From: Pseudomonadota bacterium
GTDB lineage: Bacteria; Myxococcota_A; UBA796; SXON01
NCBI GenBank assembly: GCA_030684355.1
Contig: JAUXTN010000238.1
Span: forward strand, 106,690-170,689
Direction of reading: 5' to 3'
Length of the DNA stretch: 64,000 bases
The position numbers were made by a program, and so were the translations under genes. A model generated the notes under the pieces. The model searched no databases. It saw only the letters and a list, made by a program, of their open reading frames with translations, and was not told the origin of the DNA. Below, one piece after another: positions 1 to 10,191 of the stretch. Within the stretch, counting starts at the first letter, position 1; every line of letters starts with the position of its first letter.

Positions 1-473
1 ACACTGCCGCGGGCGTGGAGCGCATCCAGGCCGTCCGCGAGCTGCCGGAGCGCGGATCGCCAGCGATCGCCGGCGGCCTCCCGAGCGGCCGGCAGCGAGG
101 ATGGCTCGGCGGGACTCGTGCTTGGCGGCGGAGCACCGTCGGAGGACCCGTCCCACGTGGGCTCACAGTTGGGAGCCTCCGGGCTGTCCCGGCGCAGCCA
201 GGTCAAGAGATCGAGGCCCTCCACGAGCTCCATCAACAGCCACCAGTCGTCGCTCCCGGCCTGCACGAGGCGCCGCGAGGAGACCAGGTTGGGGTGATCG
301 AGCTCGGCGAGCACCCGGAACTCTCGCTTGAACCGGAGGATCGACTGCGGGGTGGTCACCCGGAGTCGCTTCGCGGCGCAGGCGAACCCGCCCTCGGACG
401 CCCGGTAGACGTCACCGAACGTCCCGCGCCCGAGGAGCTCGCCGAGGGTGACCCCTTCGGGGGGAGCGATCAT
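1..473 (-). CDS. Ser/Thr protein kinase, N-terminal part (the gene runs off the left edge)
   Basis: Reverse-strand translation from ATG 473..471 gives MIAPPEGVTLGELLGRGTFGDVYRA..FACAAKRL..LDHPNLV..WLLMELVEG. This shows the Hanks glycine loop, the catalytic-Lys region and the hinge. It is absent from the ORF track because it has no stop inside the window. Confidence 0.8.
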   Translation of the reverse strand, partial: MIAPPEGVTLGELLGRGTFGDVYRASEGGFACAAKRLRVTTPQSILRFKREFRVLAELDHPNLVSSRRLVQAGSDDWWLLMELVEGLDLLTWLRRDSPEAPNCEPTWDGSSDGAPPPSTSPAEPSSLPAAREAAGDRWRSALRQLADGLDALHARGS

Positions 474-700
474 CGGGATGCCCGGGACTCGGAGGCGGGC
501 GCTTGCCGCTCCGAGCGGTCTTCGTTCGACAGGACTTCCACGCCCGACGCTACCACGAGAAGCCGGAGCCCATGTCACACGGTACGCGGCGGAGACGCCG
601 GAGGCTGGAGGCGGCGACGCGCGCGCCGTCGGCGGGCCGCGTCGAGGCGGTCCGCTCGCGCCGGGTTGCGCGGATCGCCGTCCCAGGTGCATGGTGGCGG

Positions 701-2254
701 ATGCTCACTCTCGTGCTCCTGGCCTGCTCCGGCGTTGGCGAAGCCCCGCCGGAGCCTCCCCCCGCCGAGGACCCCGGCGACACCGCGCCCCACGAGCTGC
801 TCGTCGCGCCCTTCCTCCAGTCCGTCACCCCCACGAGCGCGTGGATCTGCTGGGAGACGCTCGACGGGGAGGAGACGATCGTGGCGTTCGGCCCCACGGA
901 GGCCCTCGGCACGATCGTGACGGGCACGGCGCTCCCGAACGGCCACGGCGTGCAACACGAGACCCTCCTCGACGGCCTCGCGCCTGACACCTCCTACTGG
1001 TACACCGTCCGCACCGGCGCCACCGTCTCCGCGCCCGTCCGCTTCCGCACCGCGCCCGCCGCCGACTCCCGGAAGCCCTTCCAGTTGGTCGCGGTCAGCG
1101 ACATGCAGCGCGACGACGCCTGGCCCGACAAGTGGGCGGAGGTCGTCGAGGGCGGCATCCTCCCCTACGTCACCGGGACGTACGACGCCGAGCTGCCCGA
1201 GGCGCTCGGCCTGATGCTCCTCGCTGGCGATCTCGTCGACAACGGCTGGAACTACGCGGATTGGACGGGAGACTTCTTCGGTGGCGCCGCCCCGCTCATG
1301 GGCCAGGTGCCGCTCTACCCGGTGCTCGGGAACCACGAGGCCGGCTCCCCCGCGTACTTCCAGTACTTCCACCTCCCCGACAACGGCGTGCCCGACCACG
1401 AGGAGCAGTGGTGGGCGTTCGACTACGTCAACGTCCGGGTCATCGGCCTCGACTCCAACACGGTCCAGACCGTGCCCGAGCAGCTCGAGTGGCTCGACGG
1501 GGTGCTCGCCGAGACCTGCACCGACGACACCATCGAGTTCGTCTTCGCCGAGCTGCACCACCCCTGGAAGTCCGAGCTCTGGCCCGGTGGCGAGGCCTCC
1601 TTCTCCGGGGACGTGGTCCAGCGCCTCGAGGCGTTCAGCACCACGTGCGGCAAGCCCTCCATCCACTTCTTCGGGCACACCCACGGCTACAGCCGGGGCC
1701 AGTCGCGGGACCACACCCACCTCTGGGTGGACGTCGCCTCGGCGGGCGGCGCCCTCGACACGTGGACCTCGACGTCCACGGCGGACTACGAGGAACTCTC
1801 GGTCACCCAGGCCGAGTACGGCTTCGTCGTGGTCGAGGTCCAGCCCGGCGCGTTCACGCTGCGTCGCATCAGCCTGGGGAGCCCCGAGGCCCCGCGGGAC
1901 AGCGAGGTCACCGACGAGATCACCGTGCGCGTCGACGCCGTCCCGCCCACGACACCGACCGTGACGGCGTCGGAAGGCACCCTCGCCGCGAGCCCCTACG
2001 CCGGGAGCGGCGCCCACGGCTCCACCCATTGGCAGGTGAGCGCCGATTGTGACACGTTCGCCGATCCGGTCGTCGACCGATGGGTGCAACACGAGAATTG
2101 GTACCAGGGCATCGATACGCAGGTCGGCGCGGACCTGACCACCCTCCCGCTCGACCCCCTCGCGGCGGGGGACTGGTGCGGGCGCGCGCGCTACCGCGAT
2201 CGCGGGTTGGCCTGGTCGGAGTGGTCGGAGGCTGCGCGGTTCACGGTGCCCTGA
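701..2254 (+). CDS. Calcineurin-like metallophosphoesterase lipoprotein (purple-acid-phosphatase-like)
   Basis: Track ORF 503..2254. The internal ATG at 701 precedes a lipoprotein signal, MLTLVLLACSG. Motifs seen: VSDMQRD, AGDLVDNG, LGNHE, FFGHTHGY. Confidence 0.85.
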   Translation: MLTLVLLACSGVGEAPPEPPPAEDPGDTAPHELLVAPFLQSVTPTSAWICWETLDGEETIVAFGPTEALGTIVTGTALPNGHGVQHETLLDGLAPDTSYWYTVRTGATVSAPVRFRTAPAADSRKPFQLVAVSDMQRDDAWPDKWAEVVEGGILPYVTGTYDAELPEALGLMLLAGDLVDNGWNYADWTGDFFGGAAPLMGQVPLYPVLGNHEAGSPAYFQYFHLPDNGVPDHEEQWWAFDYVNVRVIGLDSNTVQTVPEQLEWLDGVLAETCTDDTIEFVFAELHHPWKSELWPGGEASFSGDVVQRLEAFSTTCGKPSIHFFGHTHGYSRGQSRDHTHLWVDVASAGGALDTWTSTSTADYEELSVTQAEYGFVVVEVQPGAFTLRRISLGSPEAPRDSEVTDEITVRVDAVPPTTPTVTASEGTLAASPYAGSGAHGSTHWQVSADCDTFADPVVDRWVQHENWYQGIDTQVGADLTTLPLDPLAAGDWCGRARYRDRGLAWSEWSEAARFTVP

Positions 2255-2405
2255 GTGGGGGTCGGGTGGAGGTCGGGGGGGGGGGGGCACTGCGGCAACT
2301 GGTTCGCGCGCTCCGTCGATGGACAGGCGCGGGAATGCGGGCTCGCGCCCGTGCCTCCGCGACGCCTCCCCACGGCTTCACGTCCGTGGGGAGGCGCGCG
2401 TCCCG

Positions 2406-4604
2406 TCACTCGTCCTGCGGATCCAGGGCGAGGAACGTGCCCAGGGGGGACCGCGAGCCGGCGGCGCCGACGGCGGGAACGGTGAGGAACTTGTCCGCAG
2501 CCCGGTCGTCGAGGAGGCTGGTGATCGCTTCCTCGTCGCCCGGGTGCCCGTTGGGCACCTTCAGCTCCGGGTGGTCGAACGGCGCCTGCTGGTACCGCAC
2601 CCGCTCGTCCGTGAGCGCGAGCAGGAACTCCACGAGAGCCTCCTCGGCGGTGACCTCGTACCCGTCGATCTCGCGCACGATCTCGTCCAGGCCGAGGGGC
2701 TGGATGTCGGGGTCGAGGTTGCTGTCCTCGTCGCCGAACCCGGTGGTGTCACGGTAGCGCAGGTTGATGCGGTCGCCGCCGCGATTGTAGAACGCCACGA
2801 CCTGGGCGAGCGTCGACCGCCCGCCGTTGTGGAAGTACGGGCCGGTGAGCTCGACGTTGCGCAGGCCGGGCACCTTGAACGCGCCGTCCACCGCCACGCG
2901 CTCCCCGAGGGCGACGGGGCCGGGGACCTCGAGCTCGTCCTCCTTCACGTTGAAGTCGTCGATGATGCTCCCCGTCGACAGCTGCCGCGAGAAGGCCAGC
3001 GGGAAGCCGTTGAACTCCGCGCCCAGGCCGAGGTCCTCGAACGTCGGGCGCACGCCGATGTTGTAGAAGCCACCGTCGTACAGCGCCACGCCGCCGTCGC
3101 CCATGACCATGCGCTCGACCGCCTCCTCGTTGCCGTCGGGCTGGTTCGCCCGCCTCCGCACCGACGCGCCCGTGAACTCCGAGCCGACGTGACAGTTGAC
3201 ACACTTGCCCGCGCCGAGGAAGGTCTCGAGCCCGAACTTCTGTACGTCGTCGAGCGCGTGCTCGTCGCCCGCCATGTAATCGTCGAAGGGTGTCTGGTCG
3301 GAGACCAACGTGGCCTCGTAGAGCTGCACCGCGAGGCCGAGGAACAACGGGAAGTTGACCTCGATCTGGCGGAAGCCGTCGCGGCTTCGCACCGGGTCGC
3401 CGTTGGCGTCGTACCGTCCCTCGCCCACCCAGTACTTGGGCTCGAATGCCCGCCGGATGAGGCCCTCGTAGGTCCCCACGAGCCCCACCCCGCTGCTCGC
3501 GCGGTACTGGGCAAGCACGCTGTCGGCCGAGTGTACCTTCTGAAAGGCGAGCGGGGCGCGGCCGAGGAGCTTGCGCCCGATGTCGGCGTTCGTGCGGCCC
3601 GCGCAGCTCATCTCGAAGTTGTTGGTCGGGGGGCCGACGGCCTGGGAGGCGAGGCTCGCGTTGTCGATGCGCGTCTGGACCTTGCGCACGTAGCCGTTCT
3701 CCAGCGCGAGCACCCCGGGGTAGGGGTTGTCCTGCGTGGACAGGAGGCCCCGCTCTCCGAGCGGGTTGACGCCGTTGAAGATGTTGCTGGCGCGCCCATC
3801 CCAGAAGTTGCGGTGGTTGAACACCGCGTTGATGACCGTGAGCGTGTTGCGCGGCTCGACCTTCCGCACCGGGTCGCCGTCGACGTTGAAGATCTCCCCG
3901 TCCGGGGGGTCGCACTCGTCGAAGAGGCCGTACGTGCGGTCGATCGAGTCGAACTCGCCGCCGAACGTGCCTTGGGAGCTCACCGAGTCGTTCATGTCGA
4001 AGCAGTCGTAGTCCTTGCGGTCCCGATATCCGTCGCCGTCGTTGTCCTTTCCGTCGTGACACGAGTTCCGGTCCTCCGGATCCTCGAGCCGGTGGAACGG
4101 GAAGTCCGCCGCCACCAGCGTGTAGTTGGATCCGGCCACGGCGCCGGAGGCGGTCAGCCCATAGACGGCGTCGCCGAAGTCCAGGTCCGGATCCGGCGCC
4201 CGCTCGGGATCTTCCACGATGTTCAAGCCCGGCGAGAGTTGGTTCTTCACGCGGGGATCGGCGCCCGCGTGGAAATGACAACTCGCGCAGGCTTGGGCGT
4301 CGCTCCCCGCCTGCGCATCCCAGAACAGCGCCTTCCCCAGCGCGATCGCGGCCTGTTCGTCGCGTACGAACTCGCTCAGGTTCGACGGCCGCGGGTTCGG
4401 CACCTCGGCGAGGGGGCCGAAGCCCTTCTCCTCCGCGTTCGCTCGTACATCTCCTTCCACTCCCTCGGCTTCTCCTGGCTGCTCCTCCGCTGGCGCCTCC
4501 GCCTCCTCCACGGGCTGCGTCTCCGCCCATGACAGCCCGCTCCACGTCGCGATGGCGAGCGCCAGTGATGACACACCCAACACCCCGATCCGCATCTCGA
4601 TCAT
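2406..4604 (-). CDS. Di-haem cytochrome c peroxidase / MauG-family protein (unusually long)
   Basis: Track ORF 2406..5240, trimmed to ATG 4604 (MIEMRIGVLGVSSLALAIA signal peptide). It has two CxxCH haem motifs (CASCH, CVNCH) and a C-terminal GLRNVELTGPYFHNGG motif. Confidence 0.9.
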   Translation of the reverse strand: MIEMRIGVLGVSSLALAIATWSGLSWAETQPVEEAEAPAEEQPGEAEGVEGDVRANAEEKGFGPLAEVPNPRPSNLSEFVRDEQAAIALGKALFWDAQAGSDAQACASCHFHAGADPRVKNQLSPGLNIVEDPERAPDPDLDFGDAVYGLTASGAVAGSNYTLVAADFPFHRLEDPEDRNSCHDGKDNDGDGYRDRKDYDCFDMNDSVSSQGTFGGEFDSIDRTYGLFDECDPPDGEIFNVDGDPVRKVEPRNTLTVINAVFNHRNFWDGRASNIFNGVNPLGERGLLSTQDNPYPGVLALENGYVRKVQTRIDNASLASQAVGPPTNNFEMSCAGRTNADIGRKLLGRAPLAFQKVHSADSVLAQYRASSGVGLVGTYEGLIRRAFEPKYWVGEGRYDANGDPVRSRDGFRQIEVNFPLFLGLAVQLYEATLVSDQTPFDDYMAGDEHALDDVQKFGLETFLGAGKCVNCHVGSEFTGASVRRRANQPDGNEEAVERMVMGDGGVALYDGGFYNIGVRPTFEDLGLGAEFNGFPLAFSRQLSTGSIIDDFNVKEDELEVPGPVALGERVAVDGAFKVPGLRNVELTGPYFHNGGRSTLAQVVAFYNRGGDRINLRYRDTTGFGDEDSNLDPDIQPLGLDEIVREIDGYEVTAEEALVEFLLALTDERVRYQQAPFDHPELKVPNGHPGDEEAITSLLDDRAADKFLTVPAVGAAGSRSPLGTFLALDPQDE

Positions 4605-4734
4605 CCCCCTACTCGGTGACCTGGGCGCCGGGCCAAAGGCTGAAACGCAGCCTTTCAGCAAAGTAAATAGTTGTCCGGCGTCCTCCCTCAGGGTAGGCGC
4701 CCGCTGCCGGGCAGACAAGCGGCCATGCCCCCGG

Positions 4735-6039
4735 CTACAAGGCCCCTGGTTCACCCGCCTCCTCCACCAGCGGCCGCCCCTCCACCAGCCGGCAAAGGTG
4801 GTCGTTGAGCAGCCGCCCATCGGGATCGTAGCGCCGCCGCACGGCGTCCCACCGGTCGAACTCCGGGAAGAGCGCGCGCGGGTTCTGGAACCCGAGCTTC
4901 CCCCAGTGGGGGCGCCCGCCGAGGGCGACGAGCCGCCGCTCCACCTCGCGCAGGACGCGGTCCCCTCCCCCGATCCCGGGGCTCCACGCCACGTCCACCC
5001 AGAACACGTCCCGCCCGAGCGCTGGCGACAAGAGCGCGCCGGTGTCCGCGGCGCTCCAACGCAGGTTGATCGGTACGTGCAGCGGCGTCCGGTGCGCCAG
5101 GTCGCGGATGGCGGCCAGCGCCTCGCCCGCCGCCTCGATCGGCACGGCGACCTCCGTGGAGACCGCCCGGTAGCGCCGCGGGCCGACGGAGAGGTGGTCC
5201 CAGCGCCCCACCTGCCGACGCGGGCGGAGCGGGCCGCCACCGAACCGCGCGAGCAGCGCCTGGGCGAGCCGCGGCGCGAAGCGCGCGAGCGTGGTGACGA
5301 GGTGGAGCGGGATGTCCTCGGCCCACAGGCGGTGGCGGGCGAGCGCGCGATGGTCGCGCACGTCCGGGGGCTCGGCGGAGAAGCGGCGGCGGGTGAGCAC
5401 GACGGCGTCGCTCCCCGGCAGCCACCACGCCTCCGTCTGATCGGCGCCGGCGCGCACCTCGGGGTCGAGCACCGCGTCGAGGGGGGCGTGCACCGTCTCC
5501 ACCGCGACCACCGCGCCGCAGGACACCGCCAGGCGCACCTCGGTCACGACGCCGAAGGCGCCGAGGTGGACCCGGAGCGCGGCGAGATCCTCGGCGTCTC
5601 CGGGGCGGTCGGCGTCCAGCTCCACGAGCGCGCCGTCGGGGCGCACCACCGCCATCCCCCGCACCGAGCCCGCGTCGGAGAGGCTCCCGTACCCGACCCC
5701 GGTGCCGTGCGAGGCGGTGGCGATGGCCCCGGCCACCGACGGGTAGGCGCTCGTGCCGACGCGGGGCAGCGACCAGCCGCGCTCCGCAAGCCAGGTGCCC
5801 AGCTCGCCGACGGTGAGGCCGGCGGGGGTGCGCACCTCGGCGCGTTGGGGGTCGAGGACCGGCTCGCCATGCAGGGCCCGCCCGTCGAGGAGCACGCCAT
5901 CGGTCGCGACGAGGCGGCTCGAGCTGCCGCCGACGCCGGCCACCCGGAACCGGGCCGGGAGCGGGCGTACGGTCGCCGGCATGCGCCCGGTCGGCGTGGC
6001 GCGTACGTTCGTGGCCCAGTTGCGCCACTCCGGGGTCAC
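4735..6039 (-). CDS. FAD-linked oxidase, D-arabinono-1,4-lactone / L-gulonolactone oxidase-like
   Basis: In-frame GTG at 6039 overlaps the upstream stop as GTGA. N-terminus VTPEWRNWATNV. It has an FAD-binding PCMH-type region and a C-terminal ALO signature, LGGRPHWGKL. Confidence 0.85.
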   Translation of the reverse strand: MTPEWRNWATNVRATPTGRMPATVRPLPARFRVAGVGGSSSRLVATDGVLLDGRALHGEPVLDPQRAEVRTPAGLTVGELGTWLAERGWSLPRVGTSAYPSVAGAIATASHGTGVGYGSLSDAGSVRGMAVVRPDGALVELDADRPGDAEDLAALRVHLGAFGVVTEVRLAVSCGAVVAVETVHAPLDAVLDPEVRAGADQTEAWWLPGSDAVVLTRRRFSAEPPDVRDHRALARHRLWAEDIPLHLVTTLARFAPRLAQALLARFGGGPLRPRRQVGRWDHLSVGPRRYRAVSTEVAVPIEAAGEALAAIRDLAHRTPLHVPINLRWSAADTGALLSPALGRDVFWVDVAWSPGIGGGDRVLREVERRLVALGGRPHWGKLGFQNPRALFPEFDRWDAVRRRYDPDGRLLNDHLCRLVEGRPLVEEAGEPGAL

Positions 6040-6635
6040 CGCCACACCCGCACGAGCATCCACACCCCGATGGCCGCGAGCCAGACGCCGCAGGCGCGCA
6101 CGAAGAGCCGGGCCCGCGGCGGCGAGAGCGGCCGTCGGCGCAGGAGGGCGGTCAGGATCGAGAACCAGGTGAACGCGCCGAGCCCGACGCCGAGCCCGAA
6201 CGCGGGCGCGGCGGCCGGGACGCGCGGGACCCACGGCGAGACCGCCGCGCAGACCGCCGACCACTGGAGCGGGATCGAGAGGTTCGACGCCATCGTCCCG
6301 AAGCCGAGGAGCAGCGAGCCGGCGCGCGACGGGGGCGTCGCCAGCTCGGGGGCGCCGTTCCGGACGAGGAAGCCGCCGAGGGCCACCACCACCAGCCCGC
6401 CGAGGACCTCGCCCACGTGCGCGGCGCCGGGCCAACGCGCGTAGGCGGCCTCCACCCCCACGAACGCGACGCCGGCGTACCCGGCCTCCGCCACGCTCGC
6501 GCCGATCGCGACCGCGATGGCCTCGCGCGGGCGCCCGGCCATCCCCAACGCGAGGACCAGCACGGCGATCGGCCCCGAGAACGGGATGGACCCGACGAAC
6601 GCGAGGCCGAAGCCGAACAGGAGCGCGATCAGCAC
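6036..6635 (-). CDS. LysE/RhtB-type small-molecule exporter (multi-pass membrane protein)
   Basis: 199-aa ORF made almost entirely of hydrophobic segments, with high third-position GC. Its stop overlaps the next gene's start (GTGA). Confidence 0.7.
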   Translation of the reverse strand: MLIALLFGFGLAFVGSIPFSGPIAVLVLALGMAGRPREAIAVAIGASVAEAGYAGVAFVGVEAAYARWPGAAHVGEVLGGLVVVALGGFLVRNGAPELATPPSRAGSLLLGFGTMASNLSIPLQWSAVCAAVSPWVPRVPAAAPAFGLGVGLGAFTWFSILTALLRRRPLSPPRARLFVRACGVWLAAIGVWMLVRVWR

Positions 6636-6665
6636 GACCGCCCCGCCGCGATGGGTGCAGGACGG

Positions 6666-7190
6666 CTACTCACGCTCCAGCCGCTCCGCGACGAGGGCCA
6701 GCGTGTCCCGCAGCGTGGCGCGGAGCTGGGCCACGACCAACCGCTCCAGCAGCGGGCGGACGGCCTCCCCCACGGCCGCCGGCACCCCGGGGACGCGCTC
6801 CGGGTACAGCGTCAGCTCGCCGTCCAGGCTCAAGAGGGTGTCCTCGCCGTTGGCCTCGAAGCGGTTCGTGCCGCGCGCGCGCATCGCGTCCGGCCAGCGC
6901 TCGTGCCGGTGGCCCCAGGTGACGCTGAAGTCGCTCTCGTCCCAGGTCGAGGTGTCGACCCACTGGAACGCGTTGGCCGGGAAGAGCCCGACCACCGACG
7001 CGGGGAGGCCCGCGGTGGCGCCCGTCCAGCGCTTCACGCCGCGCATCCGGGGCCCGTCGACGTGGACCTCGAGCGTCTCCACGGACGCGACGGACCGCAG
7101 GTCGGAGAGCAGCTCGGGCATCCGGTCCCGCTGGAAACGGAACACCCGCTCCCGTGGAAAGGCGACCGCCTCGGTCAGACTGAAGCGCAC
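6666..7190 (-). CDS. SRPBCC (START / polyketide-cyclase-like) ligand-binding protein
   Basis: This is the 3' part of track ORF 6666..8279. The GTG at 7190 (VRFSLTEAVAFPRERVF..) overlaps the end of the upstream GMC gene by 16 nt. The fold assignment rests on sequence pattern only. Confidence 0.6.
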   Translation of the reverse strand: MRFSLTEAVAFPRERVFRFQRDRMPELLSDLRSVASVETLEVHVDGPRMRGVKRWTGATAGLPASVVGLFPANAFQWVDTSTWDESDFSVTWGHRHERWPDAMRARGTNRFEANGEDTLLSLDGELTLYPERVPGVPAAVGEAVRPLLERLVVAQLRATLRDTLALVAERLERE

Positions 7191-8644
7191 GTGTCCTCCA
7201 CCAGTGCAAGAGCGTTTCGCCGGGCCAGGGCCATGCCCAGCAACATCGGGTTGGCGGCCGGAGAGTCGGGGAACAGGCTCGTGTCGGCCACGACGACCCC
7301 GTCGATGCCGTTCACGCGGCCGCAATCGTCGGTCGCGACACCCATGGCGAGCGTCCCGAAGGCGTGGTTGCTCGCGACGTCGAGATCGCGCGGGGTCAGG
7401 CGGAGCTCCCGGAGCCGGTCCACCTCGTTGGGGCGGATCGGCCCGAGCCCGTGCACCCCGTGCACGAATTCGCGGGCGCCCCCGGCGAAGGAGAGCTCGG
7501 CGAGGTGCACGATGCCGTCCTGGAGGCGGGCGAGGTCGGACGGCGAGATCTCGTAGCTGCGGTCGACGACGCCGCCCGGCAGGAGCCGGATCCGGCCGAA
7601 CGACGACCCCGTCGTCACCCATGTCGCGTAGGAGCCCATCTGGCGGGTGCGGGACAACCACCGCGAGAAGCCCGCGCCCTGCGGGAGCCGCGCGGCGAGG
7701 ATGCCATGCGGCACCCACAGGTCCTCGAGCTTGATCCCGCGCTCCATGTGCGCGGTGCTGTGCAGGCCCTGGGTCGCCCCGACCCACGGCAACACGTCCT
7801 CGTCGTAGAGCGCCATCGCGAACGACGAGGGGTGGAGCTGGAGCCGCTCGCCGATCCCGGGCCCGTCGAGCCCCGACCGGAGCAGGATCGCGGGGCTCGC
7901 CATGACCCCAGCGGCGAGCACGACGGCGTCCGCCGAGACGCGAAACGAGCCCCGCGCCGCGCGGGTCTCCGGGTCGATCGCCATCGCCTCGACCCCGCGC
8001 ACGCGCCCGCCCCGCACGATCAGGCGCTCGACCTCGGCGTGGGTGTAGACGCGTCCGCCGCGCGCGAGCAGCTCGGGTACGCCGCGACGGTCGGCGGAGC
8101 GCTTGGCACCGGTGCGGCAGCCGGTGAGGCACCGCCCGCTCCCGGTGCAGCCGGCGACCATCCGCGGCAGGGCGTCCACCTGCCAACCGAGAGCCTCGCA
8201 GCCCTGCCGGAACCGGGCCGAGCGCGCCCCGATCGCCCCCGCCTCGGTGGGGCGCACCTCGTAGAGCGCCTCGATCCAACGGAGGTACGGATCGAGGTCC
8301 CCTACCCTCACGCGGTGCTCGGCCTCCCAGCGCGCGGGGAGCTCCGCCGGCGGACGCATGCAGATCGCGCTGTTGAACACGCTCCCGCCGCCCAACGCCC
8401 GGGCCTGGAGCGTCGGGGTGGGCGTCGGGCCACGCAGGGCACGGAGGCCCCCATCGTGGAAGTACCGGGCCAGCGTCGTCGCGGTGTCATCCGTCCGCGC
8501 GGGATCGACCGGAGGCCCCGCCTCCAGCAGGATCACCGAGCGCCCGGCCTCCGCCAGCGTCAACGCGGCGACGACCCCGCACGGGCCCCCGCCGACCACG
8601 ACGACGTCGCAGCGCAGCGAGGTGCCGGGTTCAGCCCGCTCCAC
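7175..8644 (-). CDS. GMC-family FAD-dependent oxidoreductase
   Basis: N-terminal Rossmann motif DVVVVGGGPCG..LLEAG. The C-terminal ..VVADTSLFPDSPAANP.. is typical of choline-dehydrogenase-like enzymes. Confidence 0.9.
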   Translation of the reverse strand: MERAEPGTSLRCDVVVVGGGPCGVVAALTLAEAGRSVILLEAGPPVDPARTDDTATTLARYFHDGGLRALRGPTPTPTLQARALGGGSVFNSAICMRPPAELPARWEAEHRVRVGDLDPYLRWIEALYEVRPTEAGAIGARSARFRQGCEALGWQVDALPRMVAGCTGSGRCLTGCRTGAKRSADRRGVPELLARGGRVYTHAEVERLIVRGGRVRGVEAMAIDPETRAARGSFRVSADAVVLAAGVMASPAILLRSGLDGPGIGERLQLHPSSFAMALYDEDVLPWVGATQGLHSTAHMERGIKLEDLWVPHGILAARLPQGAGFSRWLSRTRQMGSYATWVTTGSSFGRIRLLPGGVVDRSYEISPSDLARLQDGIVHLAELSFAGGAREFVHGVHGLGPIRPNEVDRLRELRLTPRDLDVASNHAFGTLAMGVATDDCGRVNGIDGVVVADTSLFPDSPAANPMLLGMALARRNALALVEDTCASV

Positions 8645-8670
8645 CCTTTCGCTCGCCCTTCCCCCGCCGG

Positions 8671-10191
8671 TCAGCTCTCGCGAGTGTCCGTCGGGGGCGA
8701 GGATTTTTTTGGCATTGCCGGAGCCGGAGCGTCGGGCGACCAGGGTGGGGAGGTTGGCCGCGTCAGGAGCGCGCGCATCGCCCCCGCGAAGCCCGTGGTC
8801 GGCAGCGCCGCCGCCGCCTGCCCCAGGAGGGCGCCGCCGCTCGTGCGGACCAGGGCCGCGGCGGGCCCCGGGCCGTCGTACCAGGCGCCCAGCGTGTCAT
8901 CCAACGCGTCGAGGAACGCGCGGACGTCGTCCTGGGTGGTGCACACGGGCGGCAGGATCTTCACGGCGTCGAGGCCCGGGCCCGGGATCTGGACGAGGAT
9001 CTTGTGCTTCCGGTAGAGCTCCACGTGCACCGCGGCCCCGAAGGCGCCAGGATCCGCGGCGGCCAGGGCGGCCTGCTCGGCGCGCAGGCGCAGCGAGCTC
9101 GCGGAGGGGCGGAAGTACACGCAGGCCATCAGCCCGCGCCCGGCGAAACGCTCGATGCAATCGTAGCGCCGCGCCAACGTCTCGACCCCGTGTCGGAGCT
9201 GCTCGCCCAACGCCGCCGCGCGGGCGGGGGCGTCGATCTCGGCCAGGCCGTCCAGCGTGGCGAGCGCCGCGGCCATCGCCAGGTTGTTCTCGGCGAAGGT
9301 CGAGAAGTAGAAGGGGCCGGAGGTGAACGTCGAGAAGACCCGCTGGTACACCTCGTCGGAGACGAGCACCGCCCCCACCGGCACCTGCCCGCCCGAGAGC
9401 GTCTTGGACACCGTCATCATCGACGGCCGCACGCCCATCGCCGTGCTCGCGAACCAGCTCCCCGTGCGCCCGAGCCCGGTCTGGACCTCGTCGGCGACGA
9501 GCAGGGTGCCGTGCTCCTCGCACAGGAGCTGCGCCTCGCGCAGCCAGGCGCGGTCGGTGGCCTCGCAGGTCATGCCCTGCACCGGCTCGACCACCAGCGC
9601 CGCGACGTCCCCCATCCGGAGCTCCTGGCGGAGCTGCTTGAGATCGTTGCGGCGCAGCGGCGTGCACGTCGGCATCAGGGGGTCCTGCCCCTCCCGCAGC
9701 GCGGGGCTGCCACAGAGGGACACCGCCGCGTAGGAGCGCCCGTGGAACGCCCCTTCCAGGTAGAGGAAGCGCCGCCGCCGGGTCACGTACCGGGCGAAGC
9801 GCACGCACACCTCGGTGGTCTCCGAGCCGGTGTTCGCGAAGATCACCTTGGAGAAACCGGGGCCCGCCAGCTCGAGGAGCCGCTGCGCGACCAACCCCGA
9901 CAGGAGCGCCGGGTTGACGACGGTCAGGTTCGCGAGATCCCGCCCGAGCAGGGAGATCAGCGCCGCGTTCACGCCCGGGTGGTTTCGACCGAGGAAGTGC
10001 GCGCCGCCGCCCGAGAGGAAGTCGAGGTAGCGCGTGTCGTGGGCGTCCCACAGGTACTGCCCGTGGCCGCGCACGAAGGTGGCGTCCATCCCCGCGAGCT
10101 GGAACATCTTCAGCAGCTTCGGGTGGACGTGCTCCCCGTTGAGGTGGGCCGCCTCTTCCAACTGCCGGTCGAGGATCGCATCGAAGTCCAT
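8671..10191 (-). CDS. Class III PLP-dependent aminotransferase
   Basis: Track ORF trimmed to ATG 10191 (MDFDAILDRQ). Motifs: ANTGSETTE, ADEVQTGLGRTG, and the PLP-lysine context MTVSKTLSGG. A C-terminal tail of roughly 70 aa is rich in Ala and Pro. Confidence 0.9.
   Translation of the reverse strand: MDFDAILDRQLEEAAHLNGEHVHPKLLKMFQLAGMDATFVRGHGQYLWDAHDTRYLDFLSGGGAHFLGRNHPGVNAALISLLGRDLANLTVVNPALLSGLVAQRLLELAGPGFSKVIFANTGSETTEVCVRFARYVTRRRRFLYLEGAFHGRSYAAVSLCGSPALREGQDPLMPTCTPLRRNDLKQLRQELRMGDVAALVVEPVQGMTCEATDRAWLREAQLLCEEHGTLLVADEVQTGLGRTGSWFASTAMGVRPSMMTVSKTLSGGQVPVGAVLVSDEVYQRVFSTFTSGPFYFSTFAENNLAMAAALATLDGLAEIDAPARAAALGEQLRHGVETLARRYDCIERFAGRGLMACVYFRPSASSLRLRAEQAALAAADPGAFGAAVHVELYRKHKILVQIPGPGLDAVKILPPVCTTQDDVRAFLDALDDTLGAWYDGPGPAAALVRTSGGALLGQAAAALPTTGFAGAMRALLTRPTSPPWSPDAPAPAMPKKSSPPTDTRES

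Noticed and set aside
2319-4532. A 737-aa plus-strand ORF, and likewise 575..2290 (-), 39254..42343 (-), 52929..55733 (-), 57424..60381 (-), 22627..23568 (-), 23778..26093 (-), 36170..38506 upstream part, 6666..8279 upstream part, 8671..11049 upstream part, 11248..13413 (+) and 13247..14719 (+)
   Set aside because: All of these overlap motif-bearing genes on the other strand or in another frame. They have Arg/Pro/Gly-dominated compositions and contain no recognisable motifs. I treat them as GC-driven artefacts.
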